Origin: an uncultured cyanobacterium
GTDB lineage: Bacteria; Cyanobacteriota; Cyanobacteriia; Cyanobacteriales; Cyanobacteriaceae
DNA: 64,000 bases
Direction: 5' to 3'
Assembly: GCA_963749915.1 (NCBI GenBank)
Contig: CAVVOP010000020.1
Location: 96,001 to 160,000 of the forward strand
The notes under the pieces are model-generated. The model saw only the letters and a list, made by a program, of their open reading frames with translations. It had not been told where the DNA came from and made no database searches. The position numbers and the translations under genes are program-made. This document shows positions 1 through 14,471 of the stretch, one piece after another; position 1 is the first letter of the stretch; every line of letters starts with the position of its first letter.

Positions 1-1
1 T

Positions 2-337
2 GATTTTTTACCCTTTAAGGCCTTAGCCAAATCTGTCACTTGGGCAATGAGTGCTCATGTTATTTATACTGCCATTGATCCTCAAGATTGTACTACAGTT
101 TCACCTATTGTGATAGAGCAAATCATCCGAAAACACATTGACTTTGAGGGTGTGTTAGTTACTGATGATTTAGGAATGAAAGCTTTATCAGGAGATCTAG
201 TTACTAAAGTTAATCGCTCATTAGAAGCAGGTTGTGACTTAGCTTTATATTGTGATGGCAAATTAGCGGATATGGAAATCTTAGCTGATAATATTACCCC
301 AAGAAAGCCTATACAATTTTCAACAAAAATCTCTTAA
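2..337 (+). CDS. nagZ: Beta-N-acetylhexosaminidase (GH3), C-terminal part; 5' end outside the window
   Basis: Frame is open from position 2 (DFLPFKALAKSVTWAMSAHVIY...). GH3 motifs MSAHV, IIRKHIDFEGVLVTDDLGMKAL and AGCDLAL. Confidence 0.85.
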   Translation, partial: DFLPFKALAKSVTWAMSAHVIYTAIDPQDCTTVSPIVIEQIIRKHIDFEGVLVTDDLGMKALSGDLVTKVNRSLEAGCDLALYCDGKLADMEILADNITPRKPIQFSTKIS

Positions 338-388
338 ATAAAGGCTAATTAAGATCCTACAATTAACGGAGTTTTAAATGTCTTCACC

Positions 389-1253
389 GTAACCGTTCAC
401 TCCCCCCACTCTGAATTGGTTGTCAAATCAACAAGCCCAAATTAGAGAAAGCTGGAAATGTTAGCGGTTATCATCGGATAACTTATTAGAGATAGGCCGT
501 TATTTGATTGAAAAAAGGAAGTGATGCCCGACAAAATAGTTTAAACTTTATTTTATGGCTAAACTAAACAAAGATGATTTGGGACAAATGAGTAAAAGCT
601 ACTTTGAATCTCTGGAAAAACAGAGGTTAGTAGAAGTTGCTACCAATTTGCATCAATTAGCCGTAGAACAATGTGAAAGACTAGAACTTTCCTCAAGTAA
701 TAGTTCTCGTCCACCTTCGACAGACAATCCTTATCAGAGGAAAAACAAGAAGAAAGAAGATCTCCATGTTCCCTCAGAATTAAATAATCAACCAGAAGAT
801 TCCATTGTTAGCAACTTTGATTGCTAGTCTAAGTGTGCGTTACCGAATGAGTAGGGTCAAAATCAAAGAATTTTTGTGGGATTGGGCGGAAACAGAATTG
901 AGTGTGGGAACCATCGACAGATGTATTCGGGAAGCAGGAATAGCCTGTAGTCCAGTGGTGGAAAAATTAATTGAAGAGATACAAAATGTAGAAGTTTTAC
1001 ATCTAGATGAGACTCATTGGGAAGTTCAAGGAGATCTTCAATGGTTATGGGTAGCTATTTCGGGTCAAACTGCGGTGTATCACAAACTGGAGCAGTTGAC
1101 AAAAAAGCAGCACAAATTGGCTCATGGATTTTAAATAGTTTAAAAGAATTAATCACAGGTATCGCCAAGGGAGAAGATCCATCCTCTCGGACTATCTCTC
1201 ATCATCTAACTATGTTAGCCGACATTCAGCAGATTAATGTGGAAAAAAAATAA
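389..1253 (+). pseudogene. Degenerate IS66-family element with a fragmented transposase
   Basis: GTAACCGTTCAC at 389 resembles an IS66-type end. Fragments: 555-827 (SSSNSSRPPS leader), 805-1134 (LSVGTI...LHLDETHW...WLWVA catalytic region) and a C-terminal piece to 1253. They lie in different frames with internal deletions. No right end found. Confidence 0.8.
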
Positions 1254-1519
1254 TTTTAAAACTCCAAGATAACAAAGGTTTCGACGATTTGGTCTAAGCT
1301 CCCCAGGTAGGCGAAGTGATAAAGCCCACATTCCGCACGTCAATTTGCACTATGCCATGTAATACCTTAACGCCTTGTTTACAAAATATTCCCCAAGTAA
1401 TAAAACAACGAAATTGAGATTAAACAAATATAAATACTGTAAAAATCTGTATATGGCGATGCCAAAGGCACAGCGAAGCTGCCCGCAAAAAACAATAAAT
1501 ATATGTATTACCTATAGTA

Positions 1520-2780
1520 ACCTCAGTTCGATATAACAATAATGCTGGAAGCTAGCTATAATAAGTGTTCTCCCCTTTTTTCTAATTATTCATAACCAAT
1601 AAACAGCACAAATTTAGCTAAAAATTGCTGTTTTTAGCCTCAATTTTATCTTTTTTAAAATTACTTAATTGCTCAGATTACCAATGTAGGTAATAACTTT
1701 ATTTCTTCTTTTTCTAACTGCAATTTTGGTTTTTTGTCTTGCCATGTATAAGCTATTAACCCAGCAATTGTGTTCACCAAAAAGTTAACCGGACTTCTAT
1801 GACGAGAGTGAACTATTTGTGAGATATTTTGCAATTGATCATTTACCGTTTCAATTAATGACCTTTTTCTTAACATTAATTTTTCCCATAATTCTAATAA
1901 TTTATTATTCATCTTTTTTTTGAATGGTGTTATTAATTTAATATTTTTCAGCCATAATTGTTGAAATAAATCTTGAGAAATGTAGCCCTTATCTCCAAAT
2001 AATCGACCCCATAAATCCTTCGTTAAATAAGGTACTGTTTTTCTATCGTCCACATTACCTTTTGTTATTTGAAATGCCAATATTTCTCCCAATTCATTAA
2101 TAATTAAATGTAATTTAAAGCCGAAGTACCAGTCTATAGAGCTTTTTCCCCAATGAGCCAAGTTATCAAAAACTTTATTTCTTTTGGCTCTTTTATTGTG
2201 GCAAATAGGAATACCCATTGTATCGATAAAAGAAATTCCTGTACATGATCCTTTACGAGTATTGAGATAAAAAATTAAAGGAATTAAAGCGGAAGATTTA
2301 AGTTGAACAAAACGATTATAACTGACCAAATTAGGAAAATCTTGAAAATGATAAACCTGAATATGATTTTGATAATAGTGTTTAAAGTTTCGATAACTAG
2401 AATGATGAAAATAAATAATAATAGTCATAATTTCACTCAAGGATAATCGACTATTTTTGATTCTTTTTTTCTGTTTAGATGATAAAATTTGACGATTAAA
2501 AGATGGTTCAAAAATTAAACAGAAATCATCTACATCATAGAAAAGTGTTTCTAATTCCATAAAAATTAATTTTTAAAAAATAACATATTGATTATGAAAT
2601 TAATTTTTAAAAAATAGGAGATATTAGCAATGAAATTTAATAAATATTCAGAAAAATTAACTTATTAATCTGGGTAGAACTTTTAATACATTAAGAATTG
2701 TAAAATAGCGAAAAATAGTATAAACCCAAAACTCATATAAGTTAAGAGTTTGAGACTATTTTCTTATATCGAACTCAGGT
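1520..2780 (-). mobile_element. IS982-family insertion sequence
   Basis: 17-bp terminal inverted repeats ACCTCAGTTCGATATAA (1520-1536) and TTATATCGAACTCAGGT (2764-2780), 16/17 match, flanking one transposase. No target duplication seen. Confidence 0.9.
1673..2560 (-). CDS. IS982-family transposase
   Basis: 295 aa with motifs LSLSEIMTIIIYFH, FPNLVSYNRFV, WYFGFKLHL, LFGDKGYIS and RSLIETVNDQL. Confidence 0.93.
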   Translation of the reverse strand: MELETLFYDVDDFCLIFEPSFNRQILSSKQKKRIKNSRLSLSEIMTIIIYFHHSSYRNFKHYYQNHIQVYHFQDFPNLVSYNRFVQLKSSALIPLIFYLNTRKGSCTGISFIDTMGIPICHNKRAKRNKVFDNLAHWGKSSIDWYFGFKLHLIINELGEILAFQITKGNVDDRKTVPYLTKDLWGRLFGDKGYISQDLFQQLWLKNIKLITPFKKKMNNKLLELWEKLMLRKRSLIETVNDQLQNISQIVHSRHRSPVNFLVNTIAGLIAYTWQDKKPKLQLEKEEIKLLPTLVI

Positions 2781-2937
2781 ATTATGAGTCGTTTACTTAA
2801 TAGTAACTCTGCCGATAGCTAGCTAAAAATAACATTTGGGGAAAATATCTCTTCAATTGATTGATGAATGTCTTTTATTTTCACCAAAACATAAGCTAAT
2901 CTTAAATTACACCCTTAATAACTTAGAGAAAAAGATA

Positions 2938-3423
2938 GTGGCTAAACTCATCAAACTTGATCCCCTTGGTACAGAAACGGCAATTAAAACTAATGATAAC
3001 CTCTTATCAGGATTGCTGAAAAATCAACTTAACGTCCTGCAGGAATGCGGCGGTAGGGGGATGTGTTCTACCTGTCATGTCTATATCAAGGAAGGCATGG
3101 ATAGTTTATCCCCCCTCAATCGCAGAGAAAAAAGAACTTTAGAGGTGATTACTACCTGTAAACTCAATTCTCGCCTTGCTTGTCAAGCTAGGGTTATGGG
3201 TGAAGGGGTAGTGGTGGAATTACCATCGGGGATGTATTTGAGTCAGATAGATGATATTGAAGCCTTAATTGGTAGAAGGACGCAACAAAATATTCTTCAC
3301 CCGATTTCTGGAAAGATTTTGGTGGAGGAAGGAAAGTTGATTACTCGCTCGATGATTAGTCAATTAGAGAATACCAAAGGAGAAGTTAGTCAATACTTAG
3401 CCAATACCAGTGATGCAGTTTAA
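2938..3423 (+). CDS. 2Fe-2S ferredoxin-like protein with C-terminal extension (Slr0148/Fed5-like)
   Basis: CGGRGMCSTCHV...SRLACQ cluster motif. GTG start at 2938 chosen instead of the track's 2836. Confidence 0.85.
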   Translation: MAKLIKLDPLGTETAIKTNDNLLSGLLKNQLNVLQECGGRGMCSTCHVYIKEGMDSLSPLNRREKRTLEVITTCKLNSRLACQARVMGEGVVVELPSGMYLSQIDDIEALIGRRTQQNILHPISGKILVEEGKLITRSMISQLENTKGEVSQYLANTSDAV

Positions 3424-3475
3424 TGTTTCATCACCATCAGATTTTATTACCCATTATTACAAGGAGTTTTTGACA

Positions 3476-3928
3476 ATGTTAAAACAATTTGCAGATTTGA
3501 CCCTGGAAGCTGACGGAGGTTATGCCCAGGATTATGAGTTAAGATTTTTAGAGGATTATTTAGAATCTAAAGATTTAAGAATGAGTGCTTATGTCAAAAT
3601 TAGAGATTCAGCTATAGAAATTGTGGAAGCCGTAAGACTTGGTAAAAATAAACGTAATCCTGAGTTTGAAGATTATTATGCCACTTGTAAACGGGATTTA
3701 ATTGATTTAATTCGCTATTGTGCGGCGGCGTTGTTATTTGATGACATGGAACGGTTACGCACGAACATGTTGTTATGGTTTCAAACTATTTCCCGCTCTT
3801 ATAATTTTGAAAATGACAACATTGATACTTATGAGGTTTTGTTAGGGGTGATCCCGCAATTTTTAACCCCAGAAGAAGCTAAACTTGCCCTTCCTATTTT
3901 TGAGCTTAATTGTGCGGTTTTAGTTTAG
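3476..3928 (+). CDS. Phycobiliprotein/globin-fold protein (Slr0149-like)
   Basis: AAGGAG RBS at 3461 before ATG 3476. EADGGYA...EL and CKRDL...RY resemble allophycocyanin-type motifs. Confidence 0.75.
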   Translation: MLKQFADLTLEADGGYAQDYELRFLEDYLESKDLRMSAYVKIRDSAIEIVEAVRLGKNKRNPEFEDYYATCKRDLIDLIRYCAAALLFDDMERLRTNMLLWFQTISRSYNFENDNIDTYEVLLGVIPQFLTPEEAKLALPIFELNCAVLV

Positions 3929-3981
3929 ATAATATTACTTTTTCAATTTTCAATCTCAATATTTGGAGTATTTTAATTAAG

Positions 3982-4752
3982 ATGATGGACAAAAAACAAG
4001 ATATAGTCGGTTATGCCGGTTTAGGAGTTTCTGTGATGGGGGTTATTGTCTCTGTTGCCATGAATAATCCTATTTTTGCCTCTATTCCTTTAACAGTTGG
4101 GATTGGTTGTAACCTTGCCAGTCGTAAACAATTAACAAATAGTTTCGTAGAGGCTTATAATCGGCAAGAACAAACTATCAATCAGTTAATGGCAACATTA
4201 GAAGCTAATCACAGTGAATTAACCACGAAATTAACAGGAAATCAAACTGATTTAGCCAATCGTGTGCAAAAATTACAGCTATTATTTCAAGATAATCTAG
4301 CACAACAACAGGAACAGATTAACAGTGAAATTCAAAGACTTGAATTACAACACCAGGACTTAAATAACGTTGTTAGCAATATCAGAGAAGTAGAAAATAT
4401 TTCTCAAGAATTACGCTCTCAGCCTGATTCGGCAGACTTCTTCTATCAAAGAGGATTAAGTTACGAGAAATTGGGTAATAAAGCAGGGGCAATGGAGGAT
4501 TATACTGAAGCCATTAAGAAGGATTCTAGTTTTGCCAAAGCCTACCATAAGAGAGGTGTACTGTATATCGATGATGGTGTCAAACAAAAAGCCGTTGATG
4601 ATTTACGGAAAGCCACTTTACTCTATTTTGAGCAAGGAGATATCGATAGTTACCATCAAGCTAGAGAAATGAGTCGCAATATCCACGAGCTACGAACTGA
4701 AGGTAATGGTACAACTTCAGAAATGGTAGTGGGTACACAATTATTTTCCTAA
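3982..4752 (+). CDS. Membrane-anchored coiled-coil TPR protein (Slr0151-like)
   Basis: N-terminal hydrophobic helices, a Gln-rich coiled coil, and C-terminal TPRs (FYQRG...A..DYTEAI, AYHKRG). Confidence 0.75.
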   Translation: MMDKKQDIVGYAGLGVSVMGVIVSVAMNNPIFASIPLTVGIGCNLASRKQLTNSFVEAYNRQEQTINQLMATLEANHSELTTKLTGNQTDLANRVQKLQLLFQDNLAQQQEQINSEIQRLELQHQDLNNVVSNIREVENISQELRSQPDSADFFYQRGLSYEKLGNKAGAMEDYTEAIKKDSSFAKAYHKRGVLYIDDGVKQKAVDDLRKATLLYFEQGDIDSYHQAREMSRNIHELRTEGNGTTSEMVVGTQLFS

Positions 4753-4762
4753 TAGTCAAAAC

Positions 4763-4922
4763 AATTCAAAATTCAAAATTATCAATTCAAAATTAAAGAT
4801 CATTAGTGGCAGGTTAAACTCGCCACTAATTGAAGACCGCTAAATTGAAAATTTAGTGGGGGCTTGTACCCAAAATTAATCAATTAAAAACTAGGGTTAT
4901 TATTAATTTTGCATTTTGAATT
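4763..4922. repeat. Nested palindromic MITE-like element with heptamer-repeat ends
   Basis: Terminal IR AATTCAAAATTCAAAATTA / TAATTTTGCATTTTGAATT (18/19). Two internal hairpins: ATTAGTGGC..GCCACTAAT and CCGCTAAATT..AATTTAGTGG. Confidence 0.6.
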
Positions 4923-7103
4923 ATGAAAACTTTGATTCTCGATAATTATGATTCTTTTACTTATAATATTTACCAATTATTGGCTGAAGTAAATGGCCAG
5001 GAACCTGTTGTTATTACTAATAATGAGTTGTCTTGGCGGGAAATAAAAGAGCTTAATTTTGACAATATTGTCATTTCTCCCGGACCTGGCAATCCCAAGA
5101 ATATAGAAGATTTTGGGGTGTGTGGTGAAGTGTTATTAGAGGCAAAAATTCCCGTTTTAGGAATTTGTTTAGGGCATCAAGGTTTAGGTTATTTTTATGG
5201 AGCAAAAGTTACGAGATCGCCGCAACCTTTTCACGGTAGAATTAGTAATATTTATCATCAACAAGACTCTATTTTTAATAATATTCCCTCTCCTTTTTTG
5301 GTGGTACGTTACCATTCTTTAATTATTGATTCTCCTCTCCCGCCCGATTTGGAAGTTATCGCTCAAACTGAAGATCATTTAATTATGGGAATTAAGCATA
5401 AATTTAAGCCTTTTTGGAGTGTTCAGTTTCACCCTGAATCTATCTGTTCTGAATATGGCAAGGAATTATTAATCAATTTTCAGACTCTAACTAATAATTA
5501 TTATCAACTAGCAGAACAATTAAGTAAAAATGAGGAAGAAATGCAACCAAATAAATATAGAAGAAAAGAGAATAAAATTCATATAAATAATTTTAAAATA
5601 AAGAACAATAAAAAGTATCAAGTTTATACAAAAAAAATAGATATATTCGTAGATTCGGCGATGGTATTTGCGGAAATTTATGGTCAATCTGATGATAGTT
5701 TTTGGTTAGATAGCAGTATGGTAGCGGAAGGTTTATCAAGGTTTTCTTATATGGGAGATTGTCAAGGAGATAATAGTTTTTTAGTCCAATATGATATTAA
5801 TAACCAGGAAATAAAGATAATTAGGGATGAGAAAATAAGGATTTTAACAGGGGATATTTTTCAATTTTTACAAGATATTTTGGATAACTATGCTTATGAC
5901 AATGAGGAGTTGCCCTTTAATTTTAACGGTGGTTTTGTAGGTTATTTTGGTTATGAATTAAAAGCATCCTGTGGTGGTGAAAATAAACATCAATCTTCCC
6001 TGGCTGACGCTCAATTTATTTTTAGCGATCGTCTGATAGTGTTCGATCATTATTCTCAGAAAATTTACTTAGTATTTTTAGATGAAATTAATCAAGAAAT
6101 TAAAGCAAATGACTGGTTTAAAGAGATGGAAAATAGACTAAATTTAATGATCCACAAAACAAAAAAAGAAGAAATAATAAACCATGCAGAATTCATCCAA
6201 AATATAGGTTCTAAATGTAAAGGCTTAGTCAATAATGACTATAATCAAATTGAGGAATTGAGAAAACCAAAAAAAAATAAAAAATTTTATAAATTAAGTA
6301 GAGATAAACTAGAATATTTAAGCAATATAGAAACTTGCTTAGAAAAAATAAAACAAGGAGAAAGTTATGAAATTTGTTTAACTAATCATCTATACTTGCC
6401 GACCATATCAGAGCCTTTAAAATTTTATTTGCAACTGAGAAAAAAAAATCCTGCCCCCTATAGTTGTTTTTTAAAATTTGGCAAAATAGCAGTAGTTTGT
6501 TCTTCCCCTGAAAGATTTTTACTATTGGGAAAAAATGGTATCTTGGAATCAAAACCAATTAAAGGTACTGTGAAAAGGGGGAAAAATAAGGAAGAAGATA
6601 TACAGCTAAAAAATCAATTACAATTCAGCGAAAAAGAAAAAGCAGAAAACTTAATGATTGTCGATTTGTCACGCAATGATTTAGGTAGAGTTTGCGAAGT
6701 TGGTACTGTCACCGTTCCTAAATTGATGGCGATCGAAACTTATAGTACCTTGCATCAAATGGTGTCAACGGTGAAAGGTAAAATCAAAGAAGGGGTGAAA
6801 GTAGTTGACTGTATTAAGGCTTGTTTTCCCGGTGGTTCAATGACAGGAGCACCAAAAAAGAGAACAATGGAGATAATAGACGAATTAGAAACCTCTGCCA
6901 GGGGTATTTATTCGGGGAGTATCGGATTTTTAGCTCTTAATGGCACCATGGACTTAAATATCGTGATTCGTACCGCCATTATAACCCCAGAAAATACATC
7001 TATCGGCGTTGGTGGTGCAATTACCTCCTTATCTCAACAAGACAAAGAATTTGAGGAAATAATACTCAAAGCCAAAGCCTTGCTAGACTGCTATGATAAT
7101 TGA
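4923..7103 (+). CDS. pabB: Fused aminodeoxychorismate synthase (PabA glutaminase + PabB)
   Basis: GATase motifs DNYDSFTYN, SPGPG, GICLGHQ and VQFHPES, followed by a chorismate-binding domain (SSPERF, PIKGT, AENLMIVD, FPGGSMTGAPK). Confidence 0.9.
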   Translation: MKTLILDNYDSFTYNIYQLLAEVNGQEPVVITNNELSWREIKELNFDNIVISPGPGNPKNIEDFGVCGEVLLEAKIPVLGICLGHQGLGYFYGAKVTRSPQPFHGRISNIYHQQDSIFNNIPSPFLVVRYHSLIIDSPLPPDLEVIAQTEDHLIMGIKHKFKPFWSVQFHPESICSEYGKELLINFQTLTNNYYQLAEQLSKNEEEMQPNKYRRKENKIHINNFKIKNNKKYQVYTKKIDIFVDSAMVFAEIYGQSDDSFWLDSSMVAEGLSRFSYMGDCQGDNSFLVQYDINNQEIKIIRDEKIRILTGDIFQFLQDILDNYAYDNEELPFNFNGGFVGYFGYELKASCGGENKHQSSLADAQFIFSDRLIVFDHYSQKIYLVFLDEINQEIKANDWFKEMENRLNLMIHKTKKEEIINHAEFIQNIGSKCKGLVNNDYNQIEELRKPKKNKKFYKLSRDKLEYLSNIETCLEKIKQGESYEICLTNHLYLPTISEPLKFYLQLRKKNPAPYSCFLKFGKIAVVCSSPERFLLLGKNGILESKPIKGTVKRGKNKEEDIQLKNQLQFSEKEKAENLMIVDLSRNDLGRVCEVGTVTVPKLMAIETYSTLHQMVSTVKGKIKEGVKVVDCIKACFPGGSMTGAPKKRTMEIIDELETSARGIYSGSIGFLALNGTMDLNIVIRTAIITPENTSIGVGGAITSLSQQDKEFEEIILKAKALLDCYDN

Positions 7104-7187
7104 AAGTTAATTTACTTTTTCGGCATTGCATATATCGAGAAATAAAGTGTTTACATTTTATCAAAAATTAACATTTAAATTACAACT

Positions 7188-7913
7188 ATGACAGATAATA
7201 ATATATTACCAACCTATGAACAATTGTGGAAAAATACAACGAATTGGATACCATTAGTAGAACACCAACAATTATGGCAAGAATTATATAACGCAATATT
7301 AGCCATCAATAAATATTTAAACTTAACCAGAATTACAAATGTTGAAGAATTTTGGGAAAAAAATTTATGGGATTCTCTAGCACCTATTTTAGAATATGAT
7401 TTAACGGATAAAAAAATAATAGATATTGGCACAGGAGCTGGTTTTCCCGGATTACCTATTGCCATGGCTTTTCCAGAAGCAAAATTAACACTAATGGATT
7501 CTACTACTAAAAAAATTAAATTTATTAGTGAACTTGTCCAGAAATTAAACTTAAAAAATATCGAGACTTTAGTTAGTAGAGTAGAAATAATAGCACAAGA
7601 TCAAAATTATAGAAAACAATATGATTTTGCATTAATTAGGGCTGTTGCAGAAATATCTGTTTGTTTAGAATATAGTTTACCTTTATTAAAAATTGGAGGA
7701 ATTGCTATTTTATATAGGGGAAATTTAACGGAAGAAGAAAAGAATAAAATAGAAAAAATTAGCTATAAACTAGGAGGGGAACTGATCAAAATAACTAACA
7801 AAAACACACCAATTCAGCACCATATTCGCCACTGTATTTATATAAAAAAAGTGAAGCTAACTTCTAAAAAATATCCTAGAGAAGTAGGAAAACCGGTTAA
7901 ACTGCCATTATAG
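7188..7913 (+). CDS. rsmG: 16S rRNA m7G527 methyltransferase
   Basis: NLTRI, DIGTGAGFPGLP, RAVA and YPR.VG.P motifs. Confidence 0.93.
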   Translation: MTDNNILPTYEQLWKNTTNWIPLVEHQQLWQELYNAILAINKYLNLTRITNVEEFWEKNLWDSLAPILEYDLTDKKIIDIGTGAGFPGLPIAMAFPEAKLTLMDSTTKKIKFISELVQKLNLKNIETLVSRVEIIAQDQNYRKQYDFALIRAVAEISVCLEYSLPLLKIGGIAILYRGNLTEEEKNKIEKISYKLGGELIKITNKNTPIQHHIRHCIYIKKVKLTSKKYPREVGKPVKLPL

Positions 7914-7962
7914 TTTCTAGTCGGTAAACTTTTCGGTGGTAAATCAAGACTTGGTTTTGATT

Positions 7963-8054
7963 TTGAGGTCAAACTTGTCGAAGATAAAATTCTTTAAAGG
8001 TTTTATCATGACTGCCATGAAAGGTAATCACTATGTCACAACTTCACTCAAACT
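7963..8054 (-). pseudogene. Short relic of an IS982-family transposase
   Basis: Minus strand reads SLSEVVT (frameshift) IVITFHGSHDKTFKEFYLRQV*, which matches the SLSEIMTIIIYFHHSSYRNFKHYY segment of the IS982 transposase at 1673-2560. Confidence 0.65.
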
Positions 8055-8105
8055 GTCATGTTAATATTAACTTATAATCTTCTTTTTTTAGATATTAATT
8101 AATTT

Positions 8106-9278
8106 ATGATTAACTATGATGTCATTGTTATTGGCGGTGGCTTGACGGGTTCGGTGTTAAGTTATGAATTGGCGAAAAAAAGTTTTCGGGTTCTATTATT
8201 AGACAAAAATTCTTCCTTTAACAATGCCACAATTTATAGTTATGGCGGTATTTCTTATTGGTGTGGCACAGATAATTTGACCAATCAATTATGTGAAGAA
8301 AGTATTAATATTTACCATAATTTAACTGAAGAATTATCTCTTGATACAGAATTTAGAGAATTAGATTTATTATTTACTATCGATTCTGGTCAAGATGTTA
8401 AAAAACTGCTCATGGACTATCAACAATTTTATGTTAAGCCTGATTTTTTAGATGTCGATGAAAGTATTGTCTTAGAACCTTTATTAAATTCTGAGGCGAT
8501 CGCAGGTTGTTTAAGGTTTTCTCAAGGTCATGTTCATCCTGAAAAAATGATTTTAGCCTATCGAGAAGAGTTCCTAAAATTAGATGGAAAAATCGCTAAA
8601 GAATCAGTGATTTCTATAGAAACAAAGAAGAATAAAATTGAGGGAGTAAAAACTAAAAATAATACTTATTGCAGCGGACAAGTTATCATTTCTGCGGGGG
8701 CCTTTTCTCGGCAATTATTACAAAAATTAGGCTTAAATTCACCTATTTATTTTAGTCATGCACAACTGATAAAAACTCTACCTTCCGAGATAAAATTACG
8801 TACTTTCGTGATGCCTTGCATTAGCAAACGTTTAGAGATAGAAAAAAAAATCACCAGTAAAGAAAGAATTTCAATGTGGCAAAATCCTAATGACAATTTA
8901 CAAGCCGACGTTTTAGAGGCCGGGGCAATTCAATTTTTAGACGGTAGTTTCTGTTTAGGTCAAATAAGTCAAATTATCACAAATATTGATGCTCCTGTGT
9001 CTGCGAAGACCGGTGAGATGAGAATTAGAAAAGCGATCGCTAAAATTTTACCTAGCTTATCTGTATTACAAGGAGCATGGTATACTTGTCAAGTAGCGTT
9101 TAGTCAAGGAATGCCATTTCAGGTCGGAAAAATCCCAGAAATTGAAGGATTGTCATTATTTTCTGGGTTTACGAGTCCATTTGTGTTTGTGCCGCCCTTA
9201 GCCCAACATTTTGCCCATTATTTAGCGGGAAATGAAGATCCCATTATTACGATGATTAACAATCAGCACAGAACTTAA
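8106..9278 (+). CDS. FAD-dependent oxidoreductase (DAO/glycine oxidase-like family)
   Basis: Rossmann motif DVIVIGGGLTG; 390 aa; IISAGAFS. Confidence 0.8.
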   Translation: MINYDVIVIGGGLTGSVLSYELAKKSFRVLLLDKNSSFNNATIYSYGGISYWCGTDNLTNQLCEESINIYHNLTEELSLDTEFRELDLLFTIDSGQDVKKLLMDYQQFYVKPDFLDVDESIVLEPLLNSEAIAGCLRFSQGHVHPEKMILAYREEFLKLDGKIAKESVISIETKKNKIEGVKTKNNTYCSGQVIISAGAFSRQLLQKLGLNSPIYFSHAQLIKTLPSEIKLRTFVMPCISKRLEIEKKITSKERISMWQNPNDNLQADVLEAGAIQFLDGSFCLGQISQIITNIDAPVSAKTGEMRIRKAIAKILPSLSVLQGAWYTCQVAFSQGMPFQVGKIPEIEGLSLFSGFTSPFVFVPPLAQHFAHYLAGNEDPIITMINNQHRT

Positions 9279-9379
9279 CTGAACCTAACAATAAATTGAA
9301 AATGAAGTCCCAAAACCCCTATTAACAAGAAGATGCAGCCCTAATAACTTGAGATTTTCAAAATTTTTTGCAAAAAAAG

Positions 9380-9464
9380 TTGCTAATTAGAGAATGGTAA
9401 GTTATATTAGTAGATGTGCGGTTGAGGTCAACACCTCAGTCTAACGCACCAAGAACCTCGACAA
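9380..9464 (+). promoter_or_regulatory. rrn promoter and leader boxB/boxA
   Basis: TTGCTA (9380), 17 bp spacer, TATATT (9403). Hairpin GTGCG...CGCAC followed by boxA-like GAACCTCGACAA; compare GAACCTTGAAAA at 11431 in the ITS. Confidence 0.6.
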
Positions 9465-9619
9465 TTCAATAGTTTGAAAGCCATTTTCAAATAAAACACC
9501 CTTGTGAAAGAACTTTAAAGAAAATCTTAAAATTAAGTTTTAACTCAATTTTAATTGTAGAAGAGCAAGTAAAACTACTTCAAAAGTCAGACAGAACCAA
9601 AAAAAGGTGAAGAAAGACT

Positions 9620-11105
<1,486 letters not shown>

Positions 11106-11175
11106 AAGGGAGATTTCCGAAAAGGAAATCCACAAGAGTGGAAAAAGGCTTTCAAACTATGAAAAGGGGTTTGAT

Positions 11176-11249
<74 letters not shown>

Positions 11250-11304
11250 CTAAAAACCCAGAACCCAGAACCGGAAACCACAAAGGGAAGAGGAAACCGA
11301 AAAA

Positions 11305-11380
11305 GGGGGTATAGCTCAGTTGGTAGAGCGCCTGCTTTGCAAGCAGGATGTCAGCGGTTCGAGTCCGCTTACCTCCACCA
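11305..11380 (+). tRNA. trnA: tRNA-Ala(TGC)
   Basis: GGGGGTATAGCTCAG...TTTGCAA...GGTTCGAGTCC...CTCCACCA with encoded CCA. Confidence 0.97.
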
Positions 11381-11484
11381 GAAGAACAAATTAGCACCAA
11401 AAAAATGGCTGCTGAACCGTTGTTCAGTAAGAACCTTGAAAACTGCATAGAAAAAAAGAGGTAAAGCTGTAGAAATTACAGACA

Positions 11485-14267
<2,783 letters not shown>

Positions 14268-14326
14268 CATCTTTAAACCTCAAAAAATCTATGCAGTCTT
14301 GAAGGTGATTTAACTTTCAAAGTCTT

Positions 14327-14444
14327 AGCTGGTGTGTATAGCATTGTGGAACCACTACGATCCATCTCGAACTCGTGGGTGAAACGCAATCGCGGCGACG
14401 ATACTCCTGGGGGGACCCGGTGGGACAATAGTTCCATGCCAGCT
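14327..14444 (+). rRNA. rrf: 5S ribosomal RNA
   Basis: AGCTGGTG...ATGCCAGCT terminal stem, CCATCTCGAACTC motif, about 118 nt. Confidence 0.95.
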
Positions 14445-14471
14445 TCAATACTCCCATCAAAAATCTTCCCC

